DNA of 64,000 bases from Longimicrobiales bacterium (GCA_965116905.1 OZ220732.1:2880001-2944000), one strand, 5' to 3'. Positions 50,792-61,320 are shown, counted from the stretch's first letter. Translations and numbers: made by a program. The notes: generated from the sequence alone by a model not told the origin.

Positions 50792-53344
50792 GTGGAAAAC
50801 TCGCACGAAACAACACTAATCCCAAGGCCGAACGCGGGTCAACGGTTGATCGGCGGCCTGCTGTGCTGGGCCGTGGTGGCCGCCTGCGCCGACCCGCCGC
50901 TCCCCTCCCGGATCGAGATTACGCCCTCGCTGGCCACTGCGGACGTGGTGGGCGCTACCATCCAGTACACCGCCCGCGTGTTCGACGACGAAGAACGCGA
51001 AATCGTCGGTGCGGCGGTTGGCTGGTCGTCGGACCATCCGGGGATCGCAACGATTTCAGAGACCGGGCTGGCCACGATCACCGGCCAGGGCGATGCGACG
51101 TTGCGGGCGACGCACCAGGCCCTTTCGGCATCGGCGTTGCTGGTGGTCGAACTGAAGCCCGTACGTCTGGCGAAGGTCGCCGGAGACGGACAGACGGCCC
51201 CCGCGCTTTCGATTCTTCCGGACAGACCCACGGTGCGCGTGGAAGACGGCAGCGGGGCCCCGATTCCGGATGTCCTGGTGACCTTCGAGGTCATCGCGGG
51301 TGGTGGCCAGGTCGTCCCGCTGACCGGTGTCACGGGGGTCGACGGTGAGGCCTCCACGCGGTGGACCCTGGGCGATACGGTGGGCCGGCAAGCGTTGCGG
51401 GCGGCCGCGGGGCTGCTGGAGGCCGACTTTGTGGTGACCGCGACGCCGCCCCTGCTGGCGATCAGCACCACGCGGCTGAAGCGGGCTCGGGCATCGCTGG
51501 ACTACTCGGCGACGCTGGAAGTCATCGGGGGGACGCCACCGCTGGTGTGGTCCGCCGAGGACGGTGCCCTTCCCCCTGGACTGCAGCTCGACAGTCTGGG
51601 GATCATCTCCGGAACCGCGGCCGTGCCGGGATTCCACGTCTTCGCCGTTCACGTTCAGGACGCGGTGGGCAACCGGGCCACGGGTGAACTGGGTCTGCGC
51701 GTGTGCGAGCCCCCGCTGTCGCTCGAGCCGGGCGGCGTGGCAGCCCACGACCCGCTGGGGCTGATGCCGTGTCCTCCCTTCCTCCCCGCGGGCGTGGAGG
51801 GCGACGCCTACCGGGTGGCGGTCGTCAGCACGGACCTTTCCCGGACCGGACCACTGGCGCAGGCGGTCGTTTCGGTGATCGAACACGGTGCCCCGCCCGC
51901 CGCTCAGGCAGCCGACGGGCCGGCAACCGGGGTCCGGCGGTTCCCCGAATTGCCCGCGGGGCTGGACGCGGGCGTCAGGCTTGCGAACGAGACGGCGCGC
52001 TGGCACGCCACGCTGCACGAGCAGGCGGAGCAGCTCCTAGGGCAACTGGGCCCCGGCGCGATACTTCCGGATCTGCGGACATCCGCGGCCGACAGGGTCG
52101 CGGCCGGCCGGCTCGATCCGCCCCCTGAACGGTTGCACGTCCGTCCCTACGACCGCGGCCGGTCGAGTGAAGCATGCCGGGAACCCGCGCCGGTCCTCAC
52201 GCCCGCGCTGCTCGTCGCCTACAACGATCACCTCGCCATCTACCAGGACTCCACGCAGCGGGACACCGACCCCGTCAGGGTTGAAGACGCGGACCAGGTG
52301 CTCGACTACTACACCACCTACGGAGCCGACACGATCGAGGAGTATTTCGGTGGCGTGGCCGACATTAACGGCGACGGCAGGGTCAACGTGTTCGTGTCCC
52401 CCGCGGTGGAGGACCGCTTCGCGGCGTTCGTGTGGGTGGGGGACTTCTTCGACGCCGCGCAGTGCTCGTGGTCGAACCAGATGGAGCTCATCTACTTCAA
52501 CGAGAGCATGTTCCATGCGGTCGGCAGCGCTCCGGAGGACGGGCATTACCAGGCGTTGGCCACGATGGTTCACGAGATGAAGCACGTGAGCTCGATGTAC
52601 CTGCGTTCCCGGGCCAGGAGGTATCACCCCGGCTGGATCGAGGAAGGAACCGCAGAGATCGCTGCAGAGATCTCGTCGAGGCGCGCGATGGAGGCCGTGG
52701 GGGGCGTGGCGCAGGGCGCCCTGCTCACGCGTGACGCGTACCCGCCTCGGGAGGGCTCGATCATCACGCCCGAGAACTACGGGATGCTGCTGCGGCTCGC
52801 CCGCACCTCGCGGTCGTACGCCGCGCCGGTGAATTCGCTAACGAGCGACCCCGTCGACGAGCACACCTACTACGGGACCTCCTGGCACTTTCACCGTTTC
52901 CTGGGCGACGCGTACGGGAACGCCGCCGCGAGCGGTGACGGCCCCTTCTTTCGATCTCTCAACGACACGACCACTCCGCCCGGGCCGGAAGGCATCCGGC
53001 TCGTGACCGGCAAGAGCGTGGAGCAGCACCTGGAGGACTATGCGGCGGCCATGATGCTGAACGGCACCGGGGCCCCGCCGCCGGAGCACTCCTTTACGAC
53101 CTACGACTTTCGGTCGGCCACCTTCGAGCTGTTCCGCCCCGACTACCAGCCCGAAGGACTCTATCCGTGGCCGCACACGGGGCCCGAGCCCGCAGGATAC
53201 GAGACCGCCACCTATTCGGGCGATCTGGCGCCCGCCGGCATCCGCTTCCACGACTTCGTGTCGGACGGCGTTGGAGACGGCCTGGACGTGGAAGTCTCGG
53301 TCAGCGGAGGCACCGCGAGGGTGGTGATCGTCCGGCTGCGATAG
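50792..53344 (+). CDS. Secreted lipoprotein with Ig-like domains and a zincin metallopeptidase (M30-like) domain
   Basis: Lipobox VVAAC; Ig-like WSSD..IATIS..G and LPPGL.L...G.ISG segments; HEMKH plus WIEEGTAE. Confidence 0.8.
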   Translation: MENSHETTLIPRPNAGQRLIGGLLCWAVVAACADPPLPSRIEITPSLATADVVGATIQYTARVFDDEEREIVGAAVGWSSDHPGIATISETGLATITGQGDATLRATHQALSASALLVVELKPVRLAKVAGDGQTAPALSILPDRPTVRVEDGSGAPIPDVLVTFEVIAGGGQVVPLTGVTGVDGEASTRWTLGDTVGRQALRAAAGLLEADFVVTATPPLLAISTTRLKRARASLDYSATLEVIGGTPPLVWSAEDGALPPGLQLDSLGIISGTAAVPGFHVFAVHVQDAVGNRATGELGLRVCEPPLSLEPGGVAAHDPLGLMPCPPFLPAGVEGDAYRVAVVSTDLSRTGPLAQAVVSVIEHGAPPAAQAADGPATGVRRFPELPAGLDAGVRLANETARWHATLHEQAEQLLGQLGPGAILPDLRTSAADRVAAGRLDPPPERLHVRPYDRGRSSEACREPAPVLTPALLVAYNDHLAIYQDSTQRDTDPVRVEDADQVLDYYTTYGADTIEEYFGGVADINGDGRVNVFVSPAVEDRFAAFVWVGDFFDAAQCSWSNQMELIYFNESMFHAVGSAPEDGHYQALATMVHEMKHVSSMYLRSRARRYHPGWIEEGTAEIAAEISSRRAMEAVGGVAQGALLTRDAYPPREGSIITPENYGMLLRLARTSRSYAAPVNSLTSDPVDEHTYYGTSWHFHRFLGDAYGNAAASGDGPFFRSLNDTTTPPGPEGIRLVTGKSVEQHLEDYAAAMMLNGTGAPPPEHSFTTYDFRSATFELFRPDYQPEGLYPWPHTGPEPAGYETATYSGDLAPAGIRFHDFVSDGVGDGLDVEVSVSGGTARVVIVRLR

Positions 53345-53368
53345 GTGGACTAAGTCAAGTGGACTAAG
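53345..53368. repeat. 10-bp direct repeat between convergent stop codons
   Basis: GTGGACTAAG-TCAA-GTGGACTAAG. Confidence 0.8.
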
Positions 53369-54312
53369 CTAACTGCTGGCCAGGAAATCCTCCCCGTCGT
53401 CCTCCTTGCAGTTGCCGGAACCGGTTTCGAGCTGGATGGTGACGTGTTGCAGGTCGAAACGGCCATATGCGATGTCCCGCAGGCGATTCAGGATCGTGTC
53501 GTCCCCGGCCTGCAGCTCATAGCCCGCCTTCACCGTGACGTGCGCGGTGAGCACCTCGTACCCGGGCGCGAGGGTCCACGCGTGAATGTCGTGCACCCGG
53601 TCGACGCCCTCGACCTCCTCGAACCGCCGGCACAGGCGGTCCAGATCCACATGATCCGGGGCCCCTTCCAGCAGGACGTGCACGACCTTGGCCAGCAGCC
53701 GCCAGGTGCTCACCAGGATGAGGATGCCGATCAGCACGCTGAGAATGGGATCCGCGATGTGCCATCCGAAGGCCCACACGAGCACGCCCGACACGACCAC
53801 GGCGACCGATCCGAGGAGATCGGCGATCACATGCCGATACGCCCCCTCGACGTTGACGCTGTGCTTCGCCGAGCGATGCAGGATCGATGCGGCCACGATG
53901 TTGACGACAAGCCCGATCGACCCGATCCCGAGCACGATTCCGCCCTGCACCTCGGGCGTGCTCGTGAAACGGCCGTACGCTTCGACGAGGATCCACACCG
54001 AGACCGCCCAAGCGTCAATCCGTTGATGAGCGCGGCCAGGATCTCCAGACGATGGTAGCCGAAGGTGTGTCGACGCGACGCGGCCCGCGTGGAGAAGTGC
54101 ATCGCGGCCAGCGCGAGGCCGATCGACGCGGCATCGGCGAGCATGTGTCCCGCGTCGGCGATCAGGGCCAGGCTTCCCGAGATGATGCCGCCGATGATCT
54201 CGGCGAACATGTACCCGACGATCAGGACGAGCGCGAGCGTCAGGTTGCGCTTGCCGGCGCTGCGCAGCTGGTGCTGATGCTGCTGGTGCGTATGATCGTG
54301 GTCGCGCGCCAT
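53369..54312 (-). pseudogene. Cation diffusion facilitator (CzcD/ZitB-like), 1-nt frameshift near 54010
   Basis: His-rich N-terminus and SLALIADAGHMLAD, TFGYHRLEILAA in one frame; HVIADLLGS, DPILS, HDIHAW, HVTIQLE in another. Confidence 0.88.
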
Positions 54313-54316
54313 CGGC

Positions 54317-55261
54317 TCAGCCACCCGTCACCAGTCTCTTCAACAGCGATCGGTCCACGTTCCCCCCGGAGACGATCACGGCCGCCGGGCCCGTCGGCCG
54401 GTAACGCCCCGACCACAGGGCGGCGAGCCCGACCGCGCCGCCGCCCTCCACCACCAGGCGGTGCTCACGGAACGCATGCGCGACGGCGGCCCTGATGTCG
54501 CTCTCATCCACAACCACGTGTTCCGAGATGACGCTCCTGCAGAGCGCGAAGGTGAGCCGGTTGTCGAGTCCGATCCCCCCGGAAAGGGCCGAAGCGATCG
54601 TCTCCTCGTCCGGAAGCTCGATCGGACGGCCCTGGCTGAGGCTGTGGAACATGACACTCGCGCGGCGGGCCGAGACCGCGACCACTCGAATGCGCCGGTC
54701 ACGCAGGGCGAGCCCGACTCCGGCCACCAGTCCTCCGCCGGACAGCGGCACGATGACCTCCCCCATGTCGGGTGCCTGGCGGGCGAGCTCCACGCCCAGG
54801 GTCCCCTGCCCTTCGATCACGTCCGGGTCGTCGAATGCATGGACGAGCGCCATGCCGCCGGACTCGGCCATGGTCGCCGCGCGCTCCTCCGCTTCGTCGT
54901 AGGACGGGCCTGCCATGACGACCCGAGCCCCGGTCGCCCGGATCGCCCGGAGCTTGGACGGATCCACCCAGTCGGGCACGCAGATCGTCGCGGGAACGCC
55001 CGTCCGTGCGGCCACCACCGCCACCGCCCGGCCGTGGTTGCCGGATGAGGCGGCGATCACTCCGCTCCTGCGCTCGTGCGCGCCCAGCTTGTGCAACCGG
55101 TTCGCCGCGCCGCGGACCTTGAACGACCCCGTGTGCTGGAGCGACTCGAGCTTCATGAGGGCTGGCGGCGAGTCCGGCAGGTCCAGGGGGACGACCGGCG
55201 TGCGCCACGCGTGCGGCCGCACTCTCGCGAGCGCCCCGGCAAAATCCAGGTTCGCTGACAT
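54317..55261 (-). CDS. PLP-dependent threonine/serine dehydratase, EutB-like
   Basis: KLESLQHTGSFKVRGA, SSGNHG, PLSGGGL, LSGGIGLDNR, SGGN. Confidence 0.88.
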   Translation of the reverse strand: MSANLDFAGALARVRPHAWRTPVVPLDLPDSPPALMKLESLQHTGSFKVRGAANRLHKLGAHERRSGVIAASSGNHGRAVAVVAARTGVPATICVPDWVDPSKLRAIRATGARVVMAGPSYDEAEERAATMAESGGMALVHAFDDPDVIEGQGTLGVELARQAPDMGEVIVPLSGGGLVAGVGLALRDRRIRVVAVSARRASVMFHSLSQGRPIELPDEETIASALSGGIGLDNRLTFALCRSVISEHVVVDESDIRAAVAHAFREHRLVVEGGGAVGLAALWSGRYRPTGPAAVIVSGGNVDRSLLKRLVTGG

Positions 55262-55301
55262 GGACTTCGGTCGGCGGCTCCTGCGACGGCCTCTCCTTCG
55301 C

Positions 55302-57185
55302 CTAGGAAATGATCCGCTGTCCCTCGACGAGCTTGACCACCCAGAGCCCCGAGTTCAGGTCCGAGGTGAAGATGTGGCCCTTGTGGATCTGGGCGCCCCA
55401 GGTCATCCCCCAGTTGGGCACGGTCGTCTCCGAGTCGGTCGTCTTGAGGACGGCGATCTCCCTCCCCTGCCGATAGAGGTCCCCGCGCAGCTCGCCCGAG
55501 ATGTCCAACACCCGGAGGCCGGCCTGGTAGTACCCGACGTAGAGCCGGTCGCCCTCCACCCAGATGTTGTGCGCGCCGGCCTCGGGAACCTCGTAGCGGG
55601 CGACCTCGACCGGGTTCTCCGGATCCTCCATGTCCAGCACGTGGATGTAGCCCCGCGCTTCGATCGGCGCGTCCTCGTCCCAGTCGTCCGGGAAGATCTC
55701 GTCGCCCACGAAGAGGTACCGCCCGGCGCGCCACGCCGTGTGCGTGTTCCCGGCAGGGTACTTGTAGCGCGACACGAAGGCGGGCTCGGTGGGCGTGCCC
55801 CCGTGGGTTCCGGCGCCCACGTCCAGCATGACCGCGCCGTCGTCCCAGTACGACAGGTAGGCGTACCCGTCCTGCACGATCACGTCATGGAGCGACTTCG
55901 TGTCCGACGGCGGCAGTCCCCAGCGGCCGATCTCGTCCGGCGCGGCCGGATCCGAGATGTCGATGATGTGAATGTCGCGCGTGCCGTTGTGGACGGCGTA
56001 GACGAGGTCCCCCTCGACCCAGACGTTGTGCACCCCTCCGGGCACCGTGCGCTTGTATTCGGAGATGATGGAAGGGTGCGCGGGGTCCGCGAGATCGAGG
56101 ATCACGATACCGTTGCGGCGGTCGGAAGCGCCCTCGCGGGTCAGGATGCCGATGCGGTTGTTGGAATGGATCTTGACGTCGTTGATGCGTCTCGCGTCCA
56201 GCTGGACCGAGTCGGTGAGGACGGGGGAAGACGGATCGGTCACGTCCCAGGCCTTCATCCAGTCGTACATGAAGGTGCCCACGTACGCGTAGTCGCGGCC
56301 GTCGACGCCTTCGAACACCCATGTGTCGCCGGAGTGGTGGTCCGCGGCGGCGCCCCGTCCGACCCTGACCAGCTCGGCCTCTGAAATGCGGCTGGTGACC
56401 TCGGCGGTCGCAACGGCTGCGCGGCCCTCGCCGTACATCGCGGTGATGCGGTAGGTGCCCGGACGCTCGGCCACGAACACCCCCTCGGCGCCCTCGGCCT
56501 CGATCTGCGCGCCGGCCCCGCTCACGCTCCATTCCGGGTACAGGGGCGCGGACCCCTCGGCGCGGAAGCGGACCACGTCTCCCGTGCGGGCCTCGACTGC
56601 GGCGGGTGCGACGGCGACCTGGCCGGGGTCGCCTTCCCGGACCGTGACGGTCGTGGTGGCGCGCACCTCTCCCGCCGACACGGTGATCACGGCCTGGCCC
56701 GCGCCGCGCGCATGCACGCGTCCCATCGCGTCGACGGCGGCCACGGCGTCGTTGCTCGAGGAGAATGCGACGGACGGGGCACGCACCATCTCGCCGTCCG
56801 TGCCCTCTGCCATCACCTGCACCGGTGCGCTCGTTCCGGCGACCATTTCGGCGACGGGCATGCCGGCCTCCAGACTCGCCACGGGGTGCACCCGCACGAC
56901 GACGGACGCGAAGGCCATCACGTTGCCCGACCGGGCGGCGATACGGGCCTCGCCCGGAGAGACCGCGGTCACCTGCCCCGCCTGGTCCACGGCCGCCACC
57001 TCGGGAGTCATCGCGATCCAGCGCAGCGGCGCGTCGGCCAGCACCGAGCCGTTCTCGTCGCGGACGGTGGCCGTCACCGCCACGGTCTCACCCACGTCCA
57101 GGGTCAGTCCGGCGGGATCGAGGTCGATCCGGTCGGGTCCCATCTGGGCACCCGCCAGGAGAAGCAGAATCGTGCTCGTCGTCAT
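55302..57185 (-). CDS. Secreted protein with Ig-like domains and LVIVD-type beta-propeller repeats
   Basis: Signal-like N-terminus, VAAVD..G.V repeats, repeated WDVTDP / LDLADP / IDISDP / LDMEDP and HN.W motifs. Confidence 0.85.
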   Translation of the reverse strand: MTTSTILLLLAGAQMGPDRIDLDPAGLTLDVGETVAVTATVRDENGSVLADAPLRWIAMTPEVAAVDQAGQVTAVSPGEARIAARSGNVMAFASVVVRVHPVASLEAGMPVAEMVAGTSAPVQVMAEGTDGEMVRAPSVAFSSSNDAVAAVDAMGRVHARGAGQAVITVSAGEVRATTTVTVREGDPGQVAVAPAAVEARTGDVVRFRAEGSAPLYPEWSVSGAGAQIEAEGAEGVFVAERPGTYRITAMYGEGRAAVATAEVTSRISEAELVRVGRGAAADHHSGDTWVFEGVDGRDYAYVGTFMYDWMKAWDVTDPSSPVLTDSVQLDARRINDVKIHSNNRIGILTREGASDRRNGIVILDLADPAHPSIISEYKRTVPGGVHNVWVEGDLVYAVHNGTRDIHIIDISDPAAPDEIGRWGLPPSDTKSLHDVIVQDGYAYLSYWDDGAVMLDVGAGTHGGTPTEPAFVSRYKYPAGNTHTAWRAGRYLFVGDEIFPDDWDEDAPIEARGYIHVLDMEDPENPVEVARYEVPEAGAHNIWVEGDRLYVGYYQAGLRVLDISGELRGDLYRQGREIAVLKTTDSETTVPNWGMTWGAQIHKGHIFTSDLNSGLWVVKLVEGQRIIS

Positions 57186-57309
57186 CGGTCGGCATCCTCT
57201 TCGGTGGCAAAAACGTGCGCTGCCACAAGATAGGCCGTGGGCTGGTTTCAGTCACCAGCCGTGCGCGCGGGCGCCGTGCCCGCTGGCGCCGTGCCCGGCC
57301 GGCTAGCTG

Positions 57310-57813
57310 CTAGGGGTCCGGGGGCGGCGGGTACGACTCGTGCACCTGCACCACCTTCCACTCGCCCTCGATGCGCTGCACCACGATGCTCCAGACCTCG
57401 TGACCGCTGATCGGCTCTCCATCCTCGCCGACGTTCGTCGAGTGAATGACCGACGTGGCCACCGCGGCGTCCCGGCTCAGCACGTGCACGGTGCTTTCTC
57501 CGAGCGTGAAGTGCACGTTCCTTCCGACGCCGGGGAAGTACTCCTTCATCGAGGCACGGTGGGACTCCAGCGGGGTGACCTCCCCGCGGCTCGCCCAGGC
57601 GAAGTCGGGGCCGTCCAGGTGATATCCGATGAAGCCGTCCACATCGTGACCGTCGATGGTCTCGACCATCTCGTTGGCGAACAGACGTATGGAGTCGGCA
57701 AGCGCCGCGCGCTCGACATCGGTGAGCTCTCCATCACCGACGCCGGCGCACCCCGCCAACAGTACCGACAAGCCCAGGACCGACAAGCCCAGGACCGAGT
57801 TCAGCGTTCTCAT
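57310..57813 (-). CDS. SnoaL/NTF2-like (DUF4440-type) lipoprotein
   Basis: Lipobox LLAGC; C-terminal GEWKVVQVHES; signal peptide has a duplicated SVLGL (15-bp tandem). Confidence 0.8.
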   Translation of the reverse strand: MRTLNSVLGLSVLGLSVLLAGCAGVGDGELTDVERAALADSIRLFANEMVETIDGHDVDGFIGYHLDGPDFAWASRGEVTPLESHRASMKEYFPGVGRNVHFTLGESTVHVLSRDAAVATSVIHSTNVGEDGEPISGHEVWSIVVQRIEGEWKVVQVHESYPPPPDP

Positions 57814-57818
57814 GTTTG

Positions 57819-59564
57819 TCACTCCTTCCAGTTGAGCCGCTCCCGCTTCCAGAGATCCCGCACCTCGTCGTCCAGGCCCGTCATCTCCCAGCGGATCAGC
57901 GAGATCGGAAGCCGCCCGGCGGCCATGAACGTGTCGTGGAACTCCGCGAGGTCGAAATCGTCGCCCAGCTGGCGCTTGCGATCCGCGAGGAGCTGTTGCA
58001 TCTGCAGCATGCCGACCGCGTACCCCAGCCCGTAGCCGGGCGGCCGGCGCAGGTAGATCTCGGCGTCCACGCGCGCAACGTTCTCGTCCAGCCACGGGGT
58101 GCGCTCCATCCACCACGCTACGACTTCGTCGACGGTCATCTCGTTGAGCTGGAGCCACACGTCCGCCGGCACCCTGGCGGCCCGGAAGATCCCGAAGATA
58201 TAGATGAGCTCACGGACCCGCGGCGCGTCATCGAGCAAGCCGGCGTTCATGACGGCTTCTTCCAGATAGGTGGCCCAGCCCTCGGCGCGCGCCCCGCTGC
58301 TGATTTTGCCGCGGATGGGGTGCGGGTTGTGCCGTGCGACCAGCCCGTCGAAACGATGCCCGGGGATGACGGCGTGCAGGTGATCGGGCGTCGGGTCACG
58401 GAACTGCACCTGCTCCCAGAAGTTCGGGCCGCCGGGACGGACGATCCACGGCACGTTCGTGTCGAGCTCCCCGATGTAGTCCGGGATCGTGATGATGTCC
58501 TCTTCCACCAGGAAATCGCGGATCCGCGTGTCGACGCTGCCGATCCGCGCCTCATACTCCTCCTCCGACGCCGACAGCTCGAGCGGCGGCAGATGCCGGT
58601 TCCGGTGCTGTTCCAGCGCATACACACCCCAGAGGCGATCCAGCTCCCGGAGGCCGAGCGTGATGATCTGATCCGCGTCGTACGGCATGAGCTTCACGTG
58701 CTTCAGGTACCAGTCGAACATCTCTCGACCCACGCCGCCCTCTGCGGTCATGTCGCCTCGATTCGCGACGAGCCAGTCGTGGAAGCCGCGGACGGACTCC
58801 CGGGCCGCGGCGATGTCGGCGCGGAGATCGGGTTGCTGCGTGGCCGCCCGCTCGTGGAAGTCGTCGTACCAGCCGAGGACGCCGGCCGGCGGCGCTGCTC
58901 GGTACGGGTAGCCGTGCCCCACGCCGTCGGCGTTGGTCAGATTGAAGATTGCGAGGTCCGCGTAGTCGGCGGCTACTTCCGTCAGGTTGTTCCTGGCCTG
59001 CTCCACCAGGAGTGAGATGGCCTCGAGGCGCGTCCGGAGCGCGGTGGTCCCATCGTCGTCCAATGGCAAGTCCGCGAACGTGATGCGCAGCATCTGATCC
59101 ACATAGAAGCCGGGGTCCCTGGACCAGGGGCGGGACACGTTCAATGTGAAGTCGTGACGATCGAATCGGGAACGAACCGCCAGATAGTCGACCTGTTGAT
59201 CGAGCCCCCAGTCCACGACCGCCATGTCCTCGAGCCGCGCCTGGAAGTCCCGCATCGTGCGCGACGCCGCTCGACGGTCGCCTCGGCGTAGTCGGGATAG
59301 ACGTCGGTCGCGCTGCCGGCGATGTCCCGGTTCGGAACGTTACCCGACGCCCTGGCCGGATCCGTCCACTCGAGGAATTCCTGGAACAGTGCAACGAGGT
59401 CGTCGTAGGTGCCCGACCCGTCCGGCATACCCGCCTCACGCGTCTCCCCCCTCACGAGCGTCTCCGGCCTCACGTGCGTCTCCGGCCTGCCATTGGCACG
59501 CCGTCAAGAGGAGCAGGAGGAGGAGCGCCGTCGAGGCGGATTTGATCGAGGTCGACGTCTTCAT
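57819..59564 (-). pseudogene. DUF885 family lipoprotein, two frameshifts (near 59441 and 59259)
   Basis: Lipobox LLTAC; HAVIPGH, AEGWATYLE, GY..G, F.L.EFHD motifs; three consecutive frames join after restoring 2 nt and 1 nt. Confidence 0.82.
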
Positions 59565-59708
59565 ATGCCCTCCGGTTGGTGGCAGAATGCTACCAAACAG
59601 CGCGCCGCGCCACCTCGGGTGTGTCGGTCGGCTGCGCCGGCGCCCCACAATCCCTATCTTGGCCGTGGTCGGAGCCCATTTGCTTCTCGAGTCCGGGAGG
59701 GACGCAGG

Positions 59709-60569
59709 ATGAAGACACCCTGTTGGACGTCGCGAGGCATTCTGCGAGGGTCTGTCCTGGGCCTTGTCGTGCTTGTAGGGGCGGTCGGATGTGCGTCGGA
59801 GGGCACCACGGAAACGACCGGGGCTCGCACACTCGACGACATCCTCAAGGCCGGTACGATCAGGATCGGTTTGAATCCGAGGATTCCGCCGCGCGCCCTG
59901 TACGACGACCAGAACGAGATCGTCGGGTTCGAGGTTGACGTCGCGTCCGAGATCGGCCGCTTGCTCGGGGTCGATGTCGAACTCGTGGTCGTCGGCTCAC
60001 CGGACCGCATCCCGTTCGTCGCGCTGGGAAAGGTGGATGCCGTCATGGGAGCAATGACGCGGGACTCCAAACGGGCCAAGGTCATCGACTTCAGCGTTCC
60101 GATTCACACGTCGAGCTACGGTGTCCTGACCCGGAAGGACACGGGGATCACCACGTGGCAGCAGCTCAATCACGAGAACATCACCCTCGTTCAGGTACGG
60201 GGCACCGTCACGGTCGAGATCGTCAGACGGCTGTTGCCGCGGGCCCAACTCCTGCTGCTCGACAACTACACGGACCGAGACCGGGCGCTGGCCCAGGGTC
60301 GCGCGGACGCGTCGGTGGACGGGATCGACACCCTCGGGTTCCGGCTCAAGCGTGCGTTTTCCGATGTCGACTGGTATTGGTTCGCCACGCCCGACTTCCG
60401 ACCTCCCGACTACTCGGGGTTCGGGGTCGCCAAGGGTAATGACACGCTCCGGGACTGGCTGAACGTCGCTGTCTACGAGATGCACGAGTCCGGCTTCATC
60501 GCGACTCGCTGGGAGGAGTGGTTCGGAGCCCCGATGGCCACCCCCGTACCGTTCACTCCCTTCTTCTAG
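59709..60569 (+). CDS. Polar amino acid ABC transporter substrate-binding lipoprotein
   Basis: Lipobox AVGC, TLDDI...G.IRIG, GFEVDVA, RIP....KVD, IDFS.P. Confidence 0.9.
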   Translation: MKTPCWTSRGILRGSVLGLVVLVGAVGCASEGTTETTGARTLDDILKAGTIRIGLNPRIPPRALYDDQNEIVGFEVDVASEIGRLLGVDVELVVVGSPDRIPFVALGKVDAVMGAMTRDSKRAKVIDFSVPIHTSSYGVLTRKDTGITTWQQLNHENITLVQVRGTVTVEIVRRLLPRAQLLLLDNYTDRDRALAQGRADASVDGIDTLGFRLKRAFSDVDWYWFATPDFRPPDYSGFGVAKGNDTLRDWLNVAVYEMHESGFIATRWEEWFGAPMATPVPFTPFF

Positions 60570-60642
60570 CAGTCCGTGGATAAAGCTCCGCGAGCACGGA
60601 GAGCGCCGAGGGACCGACCAGTGGCGACCGGCAGGGACTGAC

Positions 60643-61320
60643 GTGGCCTATACGCTCCAATGGGGGCAGGTCGTCGGCTTCACGGGCTACCTGATCGGGG
60701 GAGCCTGGCTCGCGCTCCAGATTGCGTTTCTCGCCTTCGTCGGGGGCCTCACCATCGCCACCGTCAATGCGACCGTCCTGTCCTACAGCAGGAACCGGCC
60801 GTTGCGCGCCGCGGTGCGCGGCTACGTCGCCTTCTTCATGAACACCCCTGTCCTGGTACAGATCTTCTTCCTGTTCTTTGCTCTGCCCGAAATGGGCGTG
60901 TTCCTGTCTTCCTACCAGGCCGTGCTGCTGGGGTTGACGCTCAACGTCAGCGGGTATCTGACGGAAACGTTGCGTGCCGGCTTCCAGTCCGTACGCAGGT
61001 CGGAGATCGAGGCGGCGGAAGCGCTCGGCATGGGCGTTGCACAAATGACGTGGTACGTCATTCTGCCCCACGTCGTCCGAGTGCTCTATCCCCCGTTGAC
61101 CAACCAGTACATCCTGCTGACGATGACGACGTCCATCGCGTCGATCTTCGGTCTCGAGGAGCTCACCGGCCGGGCCTACAACGTCAGCGCCGAGACCTTC
61201 CGCTCATTCGAGGTCTTCTCATTGTCGGCCGTCTTCTACGTGGTGTTGACCTTCGTCGCCAGCGCCGTGCTGTGGCTCATCGGACGCCAACTCTTCCGCG
61301 TCAAGGCGAGGTTCGTCTGA
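60643..61320 (+). CDS. Amino acid ABC transporter permease
   Basis: NTPVLVQ, Y.TE.LRAG, EAAEALGM (EAA loop). Confidence 0.93.
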   Translation: MAYTLQWGQVVGFTGYLIGGAWLALQIAFLAFVGGLTIATVNATVLSYSRNRPLRAAVRGYVAFFMNTPVLVQIFFLFFALPEMGVFLSSYQAVLLGLTLNVSGYLTETLRAGFQSVRRSEIEAAEALGMGVAQMTWYVILPHVVRVLYPPLTNQYILLTMTTSIASIFGLEELTGRAYNVSAETFRSFEVFSLSAVFYVVLTFVASAVLWLIGRQLFRVKARFV

